From assembly GCA_963829705.1 (NCBI GenBank), contig CAWHJN010000001.1, positions 23,844 to 87,843 of the forward strand: a DNA stretch of 64,000 nt. Reading direction: 5' to 3'. The stretch is from Rhodothermales bacterium (GTDB taxonomy: Bacteria > Bacteroidota > Rhodothermia > Rhodothermales > BA12). Position 1 is the first letter of the stretch; every line of letters starts with the position of its first letter. Shown in pieces: positions 34,793-44,433 of the stretch. Both the position numbers and the translations under genes were made by a program. The notes beneath the pieces were generated by a model. It was not told the DNA's origin, searched no databases, and saw only the letters and a list, made by a program, of their open reading frames with translations.

Positions 34793-34886
34793 TCGGCGTC
34801 TTTCCGACGCTGCCGCATCGCGCGGGTGCTTTCTTTCGGGAAGGCACCCGCGTTTTATTTTGACGATCCCTCTTTCCGTGCTGCCC

Positions 34887-37560
34887 ATGCGACTGCTCGT
34901 CTTTCTGCTGCTGTTCGTCCTCGTGCCCTCCGCCTTCGCACAGTCGCCCACGGCGGGCGAGCGCGTGCAGGGCTACGCCGTCCGCAGCGACTCGACCCTC
35001 TTTGTCTTCGACCCCGCGCTGTACGGCGTCGCGCCCGAGCGGGTGGTGGTGACCGGTGCGTTTCGCGGGTGGAGCCAGGACCTGAACGACCCCGCGTGGC
35101 ATCTCAGCGCCGCAGGGCGACGGCACGTGGCAACTCGCCATCGAGAATCCCGGCTTCGCCACCGTCGCCCCGGCGAGCCCGTTCAAGTTTCGCGTCGATG
35201 CCGGCGCGTGGCTCGACCCGCCCGCTACAGCGTCCAACGTCGAAGGCGGCAACCTCGTCTTCCTCCACGGCGTCACGCCCACGCGGCTGCGCGCCGAGCT
35301 GCGCGGGCGGCACGGCATCTGGATAGATCTCACCGGCATGCCGCTGCCTCTCGACGCAGACGCCTACCGGATCGAGCGGTGGGATGGGGTAGCGGTGCCC
35401 GTCGCGCAGGTGTTGCCGCAGGCTGAGGCGGCGGCGCTGCTCGTGACGGGCGAGGCGCTGGATGTAGATCAGGTCTACTACGCCCACGTGCCGAGCCACG
35501 GGCTGCATGCCCGCGCCCGCCACGACGGCCTGTGGCGCGACCTCGTCTCGGACAAAACGCTGGGCGCGGAAATCTCCGGCGATTCCACCATTTTCCGCCT
35601 GTTCTCGCCCCGCGCCAACCGCATCACGCTGTTTCTGTACGACGACCGCAACGCCACCCCGGGCGCAGGAGCCGTGGCCACCCATGAACTGCGGCAGGAT
35701 GCCGAGGGCGTATGGGAAATCGCGCTGCCGGGCAGTTTGCACGGCGCGTGGTACGACTTCCGCGTCTACGGCCCCGAAGGCCCTGGCTCGCGGTTTTATG
35801 GCACCCACCCCGTCCACGTCACCGACCCGTACGCGCGCGTGAGCGACGACAGCTGGGGCAAGGCGCGCGTGTGGCATAAAACCACGCCCGCGCCGCCGGT
35901 GAAAGGCGGTCGGCCCACGATGGAGAGCGTGGTCGCCTACGAAGTCCACGTGCAGGACTTCACCGACGAGTTGCCGGTCTCGGAGGGATTGAAAGGCACC
36001 TTCGCGGCGATGGCGATGCCCGGCCTGACCAACAGCCGAGGCGCGAAAATCGGCTTCGACCACCTCGTGGCGCTGGGCGTCAACGTCGTCCACCTCATGC
36101 CCGTGCAGGAGTTTTTGCACTACCCAGATAGCCTGTGGCGGGCGTCGTTCGCCGACGATCCGTACATGGTGGAGCAGGGCGTGGCGCGCGAAAACTACCA
36201 GTGGGGTTACCGCACGACCCACGCCTTCGCCATCGAGAGCCGCTTCCGCACGCCCGGCACCGAGCCTGGCGACGAGCGCGCGCAGTTCCGCGACCTCGTC
36301 GCCGCCTTCCACGAAAAAGGCATCGCCGTCGTCGTCGACCTCGTGCCCAACCACACCGGCGAGAACATGGACGGGCGCGACTTCGTGTTCAACTTCAACG
36401 CCCTCGGTAAGCTCTATTACTACCGGACGGACGAAAACGGCGACCACATCGGGCCGTTCGGCAACGAGGTCAAGACCGAGGAGCGCCCGATGGTGCAGCG
36501 CTGGCTCATCGACCAGTGCCGCGCGCTCGTCGAGGAGTTTGGCATCGACGGCTTCCGCATCGACCTCGCCGGGCAGATCGACGAGCAGACGCTGAAGGCC
36601 GTGAAGGCCGCTCTGCCGCCGGATCTCATCGTCTATGGCGAGCCGTGGATTCCGCCCTCCGACGCCGACGTGGCCGCCAACCCCGACTGGGCGTGGTACA
36701 AAACCGACGCGCCCATCACGTTTTTCCAGGACGACGCCCGCAACGCCTTCAAGGGGCCCGTCAGCAATCCCGAAAGCAAGGCCACCGACCGGGGTTTCGC
36801 GGGCGGCGACGCTTCGCAGCGCGAAAACGTGATGCGGGCGCTCGCCAACACGTTCGCCGACGAGCGCGATCCCAACGCGGGCATCGGCTACCTCGACATC
36901 CACGACAACTGGGCGCTGGCGGATCAATTCGCCACGACGGATTGGAACGGCCTGCAGGGTGTGGACGAAGGGCCGTTCAAAATTGCCGCGGGCCTGCTGC
37001 TGACCTCCGCCGGGCCAGTCGTGTTGCACGGCGGCACGGAGATCCTGCGCTCGAAAGGCCTCGCGCCGCTCGAAGAACGGGTGCAGATGCTGGGTGAGCA
37101 CCCACTCTATTTCCACGGCAAGCGCGACACCTACAACCTCCGCCGCGCGAATTCTTTCCTCTGGGAGAGCGTCGGCCAGAGGCGTGGGGAAAACGGCAGC
37201 CCCGACGATTTCGCCGCAATGTTCGACTACTGGCGCGGCCTGATCGCCTTCCGGCTGTCGGAGCGCGGCGAGGTGTTCCGGCAGGACGAAAACCTGCCTG
37301 CGGATTATTATCGCTTCATCACCCCAGAAAACCCGTACCTGCTGGGGTATTTCGTGGATGAAAAAGTGCTCGTGCTCGTCAACACGTCCGACGAGGCCGC
37401 GACCTTCGAGAACGTGGCGTTGCCCTCTGGCGCGTGGATGCAGGTGGCCGATGCCGAGCGCGTCGATGCCGAGGGAGGCGTCGGCCCCGACCTCGCGGGT
37501 GGCGACACGCACACGCTCACCATTCCGCCGCAGAGCCTCGCCCTCTGGGCGCTGCGGTGA
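34887..37560 (+). CDS. GH13 pullulanase-type alpha-1,6-glucosidase with an N-terminal CBM48-like domain; apparent +1 frameshift at about 35086-35115
   Basis: Catalytic regions VVDLVPNHTG, GIDGFRIDLAGQ, YGEPW and LDIHDNW in ORF 35338..37560. The signal peptide and first half of the CBM (MRLLVFLLLFVLVPSAFAQ...VVVTGAFRGWSQDLNDPAWHL) are in another frame. The downstream frame is open from 35086 (GDGTWQLAIENPGF...FKFRVDAGAWLDPP) but has no start codon before 35338. Confidence 0.85.
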
Positions 37561-37631
37561 ATGAAAGGGCGTAGGGGTGTGCCGCTGCTGCTCGTTCCCA
37601 CGGGTCGAAAGGTCAGCGTGCGGGGCGCGAG

Positions 37632-39071
37632 TCAGTGCAGGACGGTGAGCGAGCGGGTGAGCACCTGCCCGGCGGCTTCTGCGTGGAGGACGTACAGCCC
37701 CGCCGCGAGCCGCCGCGTGTCGAGCGTCGCGGTGTGCAGTCCGGCACTCTCTGTTCCATCCACGAGCGTCGCCACGCGCTGACCGAGCATGTTGAAGACC
37801 TCTACGCGCACCGCGCCCGCCGCCGGAAGCCGGTAGGTCAGCGTAGCCGTTTCGCGTGCGGGATCGGGGTAGATAGGCAGCAGCGCGAACGAAACTGGAT
37901 CTGCCGCCTCGTCTTCCGTTCCCGTCGCCGTGAGGTTGAGGACGAGAGCCGGGACGTTCCGCTGCGACTTCTCCCCGGTGCCCAGGCGACCGTCATCCCC
38001 GTTGCCCCAGCACACGGCGCTGCCATCGCTCCTGATAGCACACGTGTGCTCGTGGCCCGCCTCGACGCTCACGGCGTTTGTCAGGCCGCTCACCTGTACG
38101 GGAGTCGGCTGCGCCAGCGGCGTGCCGCCGAAACCGAGCTGGCCGAACTCGCCGTAGCCCCAGCAGAACACGGTGCCGTCGTCTTTGAGCGCGCACACGT
38201 GGTTGCCTCCGGCGCTCACGGCCTTCACGCCGGAGAGGCCGGCAACGTCCACCGGGGTCGAGGAATCGGCCATACCGCCGTTGCCGAGTTGCCCGCGGAA
38301 CGAGCTGCCCCAGCACGAGACGGTGCCGTCGCTTTTGAGGGCGCAGGTGGAGCTTTCGCCTGCACTCACGCTGACAGCGTTCGTCAATCCCGCCACGGCG
38401 GTCGGCGTCGTGGCAGGGCTCGTGGTCCCGTCGCCCTGAAGAATCCAGCCCCAGCAGACCACCGTGCCTGCGCCCCGGACGGCGCAGGTGTGCGCGCCGC
38501 CCGCGCTCAGGCTCACCACGTCGGTCAGGCCTGGCACGGCGACAGGTGCGGGCGCGTCGGCGGTGGCGGGGAAGCCGAGGAGGCCGTTGGTGCCGCTGCC
38601 CCAGCACACGACCGTACCGTCGTTCTTGAGCGCGCAGGTGTGTTGCGCGGCTGTGGTCACGCGCGTGGCGTTGGTGAGGCCGGTCACGTCCACGGGCGTG
38701 TTGGCATTCGTGGTGGCCCCGTTGCCGAGCCTGAGGGACTTACCGCTGCCCCAGCACGCGACCGTTCCATCGCCCCGGACGGCGCACGAGTACGGGACAT
38801 ACGGCCCGGCATCTACCTGCACGACATCCGAGAGCCCCGTGACGGTGCCGACGGTGCGGCGGTCGTCGGCGAGGCCGTCGCCGAGTTCGCCGTCGTTCCC
38901 GTTGCCCCAGCAGCCGACGGTGCCGTCGCCCTTGATGGCACAGGTGTGCGAGAAGCCCGCACTGATGGACTGGGCATGAGCGGAGGTGCCGAGCAAAAGC
39001 AGCAGGCCCGGCACGACAAAGGCGCGGATCAGGAGGAAACGAGAGCGGAGAGGGGGAGCGATCGTCTGCAT
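37632..39071 (-). CDS. RCC1-repeat (beta-propeller) protein with a T9SS C-terminal sorting domain
   Basis: Signal peptide MQTIAPPLRSRFLLIRAFVVPGLLLLLGTSAHAQ, seven repeats of the type HTCA(L/V)...DGTV.CWG.G..GQLG, and a C-terminal T9SS tail (VRVEVFNMLGQRVATLVDGTESAGLHTATLDTRRLAAGLYVLH...LTVLH). Confidence 0.85.
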   Translation of the reverse strand: MQTIAPPLRSRFLLIRAFVVPGLLLLLGTSAHAQSISAGFSHTCAIKGDGTVGCWGNGNDGELGDGLADDRRTVGTVTGLSDVVQVDAGPYVPYSCAVRGDGTVACWGSGKSLRLGNGATTNANTPVDVTGLTNATRVTTAAQHTCALKNDGTVVCWGSGTNGLLGFPATADAPAPVAVPGLTDVVSLSAGGAHTCAVRGAGTVVCWGWILQGDGTTSPATTPTAVAGLTNAVSVSAGESSTCALKSDGTVSCWGSSFRGQLGNGGMADSSTPVDVAGLSGVKAVSAGGNHVCALKDDGTVFCWGYGEFGQLGFGGTPLAQPTPVQVSGLTNAVSVEAGHEHTCAIRSDGSAVCWGNGDDGRLGTGEKSQRNVPALVLNLTATGTEDEAADPVSFALLPIYPDPARETATLTYRLPAAGAVRVEVFNMLGQRVATLVDGTESAGLHTATLDTRRLAAGLYVLHAEAAGQVLTRSLTVLH

Positions 39072-39135
39072 GGCTGGGTCAGGGAGGTGGAGGCCATGCA
39101 AGAGTAGAGGCGGTGTTGCCGGGAGCACCATCCCC

Positions 39136-39194
39136 CAAAAATGTGATTCGGCGCATCCGCCACATGCCGATATGCGTGGCGGATGCGCCGAATC
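39136..39194 (-). terminator. Very long perfect hairpin (19-bp stem, 12-nt loop) followed on the minus strand by ACATTTTTGG
   Basis: GATTCGGCGCATCCGCCAC (39145-39163) and GTGGCGGATGCGCCGAATC (39176-39194) are exact reverse complements. The hairpin lies just downstream of the 39215..39805(-) gene. Confidence 0.65.
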
Positions 39195-39214
39195 CCGGCT
39201 GTCGCGTGAGCAGG

Positions 39215-39805
39215 TCAGCTTCGCGGCTCGGTACCCGCAGCGGAGGACCTCCGTGCCGCTTCCTGAAACAGCACGCCCGAGGCGGTATAGAGCGCCGCGA
39301 AAAAGCCGTTCAGCAAGACGACCTCCCAGGGCCATATCACGCTTTCCGAGCCCCATCGTGTGACCAGTACGACCCCGACGATCAGGCCCAGCGCGGCGGC
39401 CACCGCGAACATTGCGCGCGCCATTCCCTGCGCGCGCAACCGCGCGAGGATGACGCCGAATATCCCGACCAAGAGCGCGACGAAATACATCATGTTGGCG
39501 AGGTTGCCTTCGCTCCCGATGATGCCCACGGCGCCGCTTATCCAGATGATGAGGAAGGTGGCCGTGAGCGCTATGCCCACCGCGACGCGGTACGCCGTGT
39601 TGCGCGTCGTCCGCACGGCCAACTCCAACACGAACCCGGTGCCGTAGATGAGGGCGCCCGCGAAGATGAAATCAAACGCCGTCCATTGCACCTCGTCGGT
39701 GAACTGCATGGCGATGAGGGGCAGCAGCAGCAAAAGCGTGGCCGCCGCCCAGGCCACGATCCTGAGGGGGTGGGTGGGCCGGCTGCCCGTGTGGTGTTCT
39801 GTCAT
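39215..39805 (-). CDS. Hypothetical polytopic membrane protein (about 196 aa)
   Basis: MTEHHTGSRPTHPLRIVAWAAATLLLLLPLIAMQF... with 5-6 hydrophobic helices. The start ATG overlaps the upstream stop (ATGA at 39802-39805). Confidence 0.55.
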   Translation of the reverse strand: MTEHHTGSRPTHPLRIVAWAAATLLLLLPLIAMQFTDEVQWTAFDFIFAGALIYGTGFVLELAVRTTRNTAYRVAVGIALTATFLIIWISGAVGIIGSEGNLANMMYFVALLVGIFGVILARLRAQGMARAMFAVAAALGLIVGVVLVTRWGSESVIWPWEVVLLNGFFAALYTASGVLFQEAARRSSAAGTEPRS

Positions 39806-40068
39806 GGCTTTACTTCTGTTGAGGGGTGAGCAGGTCCGTGATGCGCCCGAATGCGGACGTGCGTGAAGGCATACCATCCGCCGCCCAGCACAACCAGCAG
39901 GAGAGGAAGCGCGCCGGGTTCGCTTTCGGCGTATATCATGTAGGCCATGAGGGCAACGCCTATCACGAAGAGGATGGCCGATAGGAGCCTCTGCATCTTT
40001 AGCTTCCTGGCGTCGTCACGGTGCCCGTGCCGCACGCCCTCGTGTGCTGTGTTTTCTGACTTTAGCAT
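39802..40068 (-). CDS. Small two-TM membrane protein with His-rich termini (hypothetical)
   Basis: HEGVRHGHRDD...LLSAILFVIGVALMAYMIY...LPLLLVVLGGGWYAF...HVRIRAHHGPAH. Possible internal start at MQRLL. Confidence 0.45.
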   Translation of the reverse strand: MLKSENTAHEGVRHGHRDDARKLKMQRLLSAILFVIGVALMAYMIYAESEPGALPLLLVVLGGGWYAFTHVRIRAHHGPAHPSTEVKP

Positions 40069-40183
40069 CGTTTCGTTGTGGATCGTTGGTGAAGGTGGGA
40101 GTGGATGGGGGAGGCGACGCTTCCGCTCGGTTGTAACATGCGAAAAGGCCGCCTGCGCGGCGTGAGCCCCTTCTGAGATTTAC

Positions 40184-41341
40184 GTGAGCATGGATAAGGA
40201 CGACCCGATGTACCGCTTTGGCGACTTCCGCCTCGACGCTGCCAACCGGCAACTCTGGCGCGGAGATGTCCCGGTAGACCTCAACGCCCGGTACTTCGAC
40301 GCCCTCGTGCTGCTGGTGCAGGAGCACGGCCAACTCGTTGAGAAAGACCGGTTTTTCGCCGAGGTGTGGGAGGATGTCGTCGTCAGCGACAGCGCGCTCA
40401 CGCAGTGCATCAAGGACGTCCGCAAGCAACTCGGCGACGACGCCTCGAATCCCCGGTTCATCCAGACGGTGCCCCGGCACGGCTACCGGTTCATCGGCGC
40501 GGTGGAGCGTGTTCGTTCCGAAGCCGCTGTGGATGCACCGCGTGCGACGGCTGATCTTCCAGAAAAGGCCGTTCCTCCCCTCGTGGAAGCCGCCTCCCTC
40601 GTTGGTGCGTCTGCGCGGAGCCGGGCGCGCGTGCCGCTGTACGATGTGCTGTTCGACGGCGCTGCCGGAATGCTCGGCGGCGGGGTGGCGGGCGTGCTGG
40701 GCGGATTGCTCTATGGGCTCGGAACCGCCACGACGCCCTCCGGTGCGGGGCCAGGCACGGCCTCCATCCTCATCGTGCTGCTCAGTCTCAACGTCTTCGT
40801 CGGCCTCGCGGGTGGCCTCGGGGTGAGCTTCGGCATGGCGGCGGCAGCGGTGGCGTCGGGTGGTCGACCGAGGTGGTGGATCGCGGGGGCTGCCGCCGGA
40901 GGGATGGTCGTGGGCGGGCTGGCGCGGCTGCTCGGCGTGGATGCCTTCAACCTGCTCTTCGGGCGCGCACCAGCAGGTATCACCGGCGGTGTAGAGGGCG
41001 CAGTGCTGGGGGCCGCGCTCGCGCTGGGCGCGTACCTCGGCGGCGGGTTCGACGCCACGAGGCGCTGGCGCCCGGTGCTCGGAGCGGGGATCGCGGGCGC
41101 TGCCGCCGGGGTGCTCATCCCGCTCGCGGGCGGACGCCTCATGGGAGGCAGCCTCGAACTGCTGGCCCGCTCGTTCGCCGACTCCCGTCTCCACCTCGAC
41201 GCGCTGGGCCGCTTTTTCGGTGAGGTGCATTTCGGCCCCACGACGCAGGTGGCCCTCGGCGGGGTCGAAGGCCTCTTGTTCGGCGGTTGTCTGACCGCGG
41301 CTCTCGTGCTGGCACGCCACGCCCGGCGCTCCGAAACGTGA
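40184..41341 (+). CDS. Membrane-anchored winged-helix transcriptional regulator (OmpR/PhoB-type C-terminal-effector domain at the N-terminus, ToxR/CadC-like architecture)
   Basis: YRFGDFRLDAANRQLWRGDVPVDLNARYFDALVLLVQEHGQLVEKDRFFAEVWEDVVVSDSALTQCIKDVRKQLGD...FIQTVPRHGYRFIG, followed by about 250 aa of Gly/Ala-rich TM segments. Confidence 0.8.
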   Translation: MSMDKDDPMYRFGDFRLDAANRQLWRGDVPVDLNARYFDALVLLVQEHGQLVEKDRFFAEVWEDVVVSDSALTQCIKDVRKQLGDDASNPRFIQTVPRHGYRFIGAVERVRSEAAVDAPRATADLPEKAVPPLVEAASLVGASARSRARVPLYDVLFDGAAGMLGGGVAGVLGGLLYGLGTATTPSGAGPGTASILIVLLSLNVFVGLAGGLGVSFGMAAAAVASGGRPRWWIAGAAAGGMVVGGLARLLGVDAFNLLFGRAPAGITGGVEGAVLGAALALGAYLGGGFDATRRWRPVLGAGIAGAAAGVLIPLAGGRLMGGSLELLARSFADSRLHLDALGRFFGEVHFGPTTQVALGGVEGLLFGGCLTAALVLARHARRSET

Positions 41342-41417
41342 GCAGCGGGAGGTGACACGGTGCAAGGGGGCAGCGTCCCTACGATTCCCACCCCGCATCC
41401 CGCACCCTGCGTGCCCT

Positions 41418-42272
41418 CTACCGGCGCGTCAGCAGCACGACGCCCAGCGTGATCGTCGCCGCCCCCAGCAGGCTCCACCCGTCCGGTACGTGGCCGAACA
41501 ACAAAGCACCCCAGCACGCCGCGAAGACGACCTGCACGTAGCCCGTCGTCGTGGCGCGCGACGCTTTTTCGAGCGAAAGGCCCTTCGTGAGCGCCACCTG
41601 CGCGAGCTGCGTCAGCACGGCCACGGCGAGCAGCAGGCCCCACTCGCGCGGCGTCGGCCACACGCTGCGGTGCCACGTCAGGAGCGCCGCCGCGGGCAGG
41701 CTCACGAGCGGCAGGTAGAACACAATCGTCAGCGGTGCCTCGCGCCCCGCGAGCCGCCGGATGCTCAGGTAGGCCAGCGACGAGAAGAACGCCCCCGACA
41801 ACGCCACGGCGACGGCCACCCCGTTGAGCGGCTCGGCAGCACCCCACAGCCCGAACGGCTTGGCCACGAGCACCAGCCCTGCCAGACACAGCGCCAGGCT
41901 GACGGCGCCCCGCCGGCCCAGCGCCTCGCCCAGCAGCGGTGCCGCCAGCAGCGCCACGAAGACGGGGTTCATGTACTGGAACAGCGTCGCCTCGGCCAGC
42001 GGCAGGCGCGGCAGCGCCCAGAACAAGCACAGCAGCGCGATAAAGCCGAACACGCCCCGCGCCACCAGCAGGCCGCGGTTGTGGCCCAGCACCGGCAGGT
42101 TGCGGCGGCGCAGCAGCGCATACGTCACCCCGAGCGAGAACACCGTCCGCACCAGCACGATCTCCGCGGGCGGGATGCGCTCGCCCAGCAGCTTCGCGCA
42201 CGCCGTCATCAGGCTGAACAGGAAGGCCGCCAGCAGCATCTGCCGGAGGCCGGGCGAGGGCAGGGAACGCAC
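41418..42272 (-). CDS. DMT-superfamily transporter (EamA family)
   Basis: Ten predicted TM helices with the two-EamA-repeat pattern (LLAAFLFSLMTACAKLL..., GLLLAVAVLTQLAQVALTKGL). Confidence 0.85.
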   Translation of the reverse strand: MRSLPSPGLRQMLLAAFLFSLMTACAKLLGERIPPAEIVLVRTVFSLGVTYALLRRRNLPVLGHNRGLLVARGVFGFIALLCLFWALPRLPLAEATLFQYMNPVFVALLAAPLLGEALGRRGAVSLALCLAGLVLVAKPFGLWGAAEPLNGVAVAVALSGAFFSSLAYLSIRRLAGREAPLTIVFYLPLVSLPAAALLTWHRSVWPTPREWGLLLAVAVLTQLAQVALTKGLSLEKASRATTTGYVQVVFAACWGALLFGHVPDGWSLLGAATITLGVVLLTRR

Positions 42273-42403
42273 GGCGTCGGGGTGGGGAGGCGGCAGGTTA
42301 CCGTGGCGGGAAGGGCGGCGGTGTTAAGAATGGATGGAAGGGAACCCCTCTCCGTAAAGAAGCATTTTCCGCGCCGAACGAGGTCTGATCTCGTTTTCCC
42401 AGC

Positions 42404-42476
<73 letters not shown>

Positions 42477-42480
42477 CCCG

Positions 42481-42515
42481 GCGCGGGCGGCGTTTTTGCC
42501 GTCCGCGCTTTTTTT
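42481..42515 (+). terminator. Intrinsic terminator after tRNA-Lys
   Basis: GCGCGGGCGGC-GTTTTT-GCCGTCCGCGC (one G-U pair) followed by T7. Confidence 0.7.
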
Positions 42516-42530
42516 ATCCCATCCCTCGTT

Positions 42531-43128
42531 ATGACGCTTCCCGCTCGGACTCACCTACGACGCTTACAGAGAGACGTGGCACGCGGCGCTCGAAGCCCCG
42601 CTGCCCGTTGGCGATCCCGCCGCCCGCCGCGTCCACTTTTTCCGCAAGTACAACCTCGAAAGGAGTGCCCGCGTCGAGGAGGCTTACGAACCCTCCGAGA
42701 GGCTCCGCGAGCAGCTGGCACTCATCGACGCGCCGCAGACGTGGATGGTGCTCACCGAGGCGTGGTGCGTCGATTCTGCCTTCAGCCTGCCCGTCATCGC
42801 CCGTGCAGCGATGCTGAGCGACGCGGTGACGCTCTCCATCCTGCCCCGCGACGCGCACCTGGAGATCATGGACCGCTACCTCACCGGCGGCAGCCGCAGC
42901 ATCCCCAAACTCGTCGCCTTCGACGCCGACGGCAACGAGCTGTTCACGTGGGGGCCGCGCCCCGCCGCTGGATTGGCTTTCCGGCAGAGCCTCGTGGAGC
43001 AGGGGATGGACAAGCCGCTCATCTCAGCCCGTATGGTGGACTGGTACGAGGCGGGCGGCTGGCAGCAGGTCGAGGACGAACTCGCCGCGTGCCTCGAAAA
43101 CGCGCGCGTGCGCCAGGCCGCGAACTGA
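42531..43128 (+). CDS. Thioredoxin-fold family protein; the start codon is out of frame with the body (apparent +1 indel at about 42537)
   Basis: The conserved body is in the frame of ORF 42745..43128 and stays open back to 42535: (R)FPLGLTYDAYRETWHAALEAPL...QTWMVLTEAWCVDSAFSLPVIA...IPKLVAFDADGNELFTWGPRP. That frame has no ATG/GTG/TTG before 42745. The ATG at 42531 is one base out of register. Confidence 0.7.
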
Positions 43129-43137
43129 CCCGGCAGA

Positions 43138-44019
43138 TTGGGAAAGTCCGGTAGTATGCCGCCAGATGGCGCGGATTCACCCGGTGTGCGGGCGATCTTG
43201 ACCGCTCTCTACCCCACAGATATGAACGACGACTGGACGCGCTGTCACGACCTGGCCCTCGTATTCCTCGCCCTCGCCTACGGCCCCGATCACCAGCTTG
43301 CCGAGCGCGAACTGGCCCTCATCACCGACGCCCTCGACGGGTGGGGGCGTGACGGAGACGACGTGCAGGAGGTGGTGATGGAAGCCCTCGCGGTGCTGCT
43401 TGAACCTGGCATCCAGGCCGATGACGTCGTCACGCGGGCACTCGACCGGCTCGCCGAGACGTTGAGCCTCGAAGACCGCCAGCGCGCCGTCGAAGAACTC
43501 GTCCGCATCGCCGACGCCGACGGCACGCTGCTCCGCACTGAGCGGACCACCATCGCCATGATCGCGCGCCGCTGGAACGTCAAAGAGCACGCCGTCTCGC
43601 TGCTCGACGCCACGCACGGCGACGCCGACGACTGGACGCTGCTGCACGACATCGGCTTCGTCTACGTCATCCTCGCCCACAGCACCGACGGCGACCTCTC
43701 CCGGCCCGAACTCGACGAGATCGTGCAGCGCATGGCCGGCTGGCAGCCGGATTGGGACGAGGAGCAGATCCGGGTGGTGCTGCGGCAGGTGCTGACGCAG
43801 TACGGCAGCGCCCCCGGTGCGGAGGCCATCCACCGTTCGCTCGCCAGTATTCGCCACCGTCTGCCCGTGGTGCAGCGCCTCGCCCTCATCGACGACCTCT
43901 ACGCCATCGCCGAAGCCGATGGTCAGGTACTCGACGCCGAACGCGAGATGATCGTGATGCTCACCGGCCGGTGGCAGGTGGATGAGACTCGGCAGCCGTC
44001 CGAAGACCCCGCCGTGTGA
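43138..44019 (+). CDS. Tandem TerB-like domain protein (tellurite-resistance TerB / DjlA-N family)
   Basis: Two repeats of the pattern ...LAERELALITDAL...ELVRIADADGTLLRTERTTIAMIARRW and ...LSRPELDEIVQRM...DLYAIAEADGQVLDAEREMIVMLTGRW. The start may be ATG 43222. Confidence 0.65.
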   Translation: MGKSGSMPPDGADSPGVRAILTALYPTDMNDDWTRCHDLALVFLALAYGPDHQLAERELALITDALDGWGRDGDDVQEVVMEALAVLLEPGIQADDVVTRALDRLAETLSLEDRQRAVEELVRIADADGTLLRTERTTIAMIARRWNVKEHAVSLLDATHGDADDWTLLHDIGFVYVILAHSTDGDLSRPELDEIVQRMAGWQPDWDEEQIRVVLRQVLTQYGSAPGAEAIHRSLASIRHRLPVVQRLALIDDLYAIAEADGQVLDAEREMIVMLTGRWQVDETRQPSEDPAV

Positions 44020-44230
44020 CGCCCCTGCGGATGCACCCTCAGGTCAATCCGGTCGCAGAAGAATGGACCGGTGCGTTACGGGGTTTTGGGGATGAGCAGG
44101 TCGAATGAGCCCGCTGTGACGACGTGCAATGGCCCCTCGCGCCGAAGGGCGGGGGCTGTGAACGGCTTTTTCTGCACGGGTGCGGAAAGATGAGAGGAGG
44201 TCCTGTCGGCAGGTGGTTGTTGGGAGTGCC

Positions 44231-44420
44231 TCAGCGTGCGATGGTGAGCGTGCGGGTGCGCGAGCGCCCGGCTGCGTCGAGGCGGTAGACGTAGAGGCCC
44301 GCCGGTAGGCGCGACGTGTCGAGCGCGACCTCGTGGCGTCCATCCTTTGCGCCTGAAGTAGCTCGGATGCCCAGGTGGCAGTCCTCTGCCACAGGATGCC
44401 GTGCTCCGACCTTCCGTTTT
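44231..44420 (-). pseudogene. Orphan remnant of a T9SS C-terminal sorting domain
   Basis: The tail of ORF 44231..44932(-) reads ...GAKDGRHEVALDTSRLPAGLYVYRLDAAGRSRTRTLTIAR*, closely paralleling the CTD of the RCC1 protein (GLHTATLDTRRLAAGLYVLHAEAAGQVLTRSLTVLH). No start codon and no cargo domain is present; the upstream DNA is the fxsA 3' end. Confidence 0.5.
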
Positions 44421-44433
44421 GCTCCCACTTCTG

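Noticed and set aside
35104-37512. 802-aa minus-strand ORF
   Set aside because: It is antisense to the GH13 pullulanase, which has all four catalytic regions. No motifs are present and the composition is biased.
40016-42201. ORFs 40016..41398(-) and 40711..42201(-), 460 and 496 aa
   Set aside because: They are antisense or out of frame relative to the wHTH regulator and the EamA transporter. Their products are Arg/Pro/Ala-rich.
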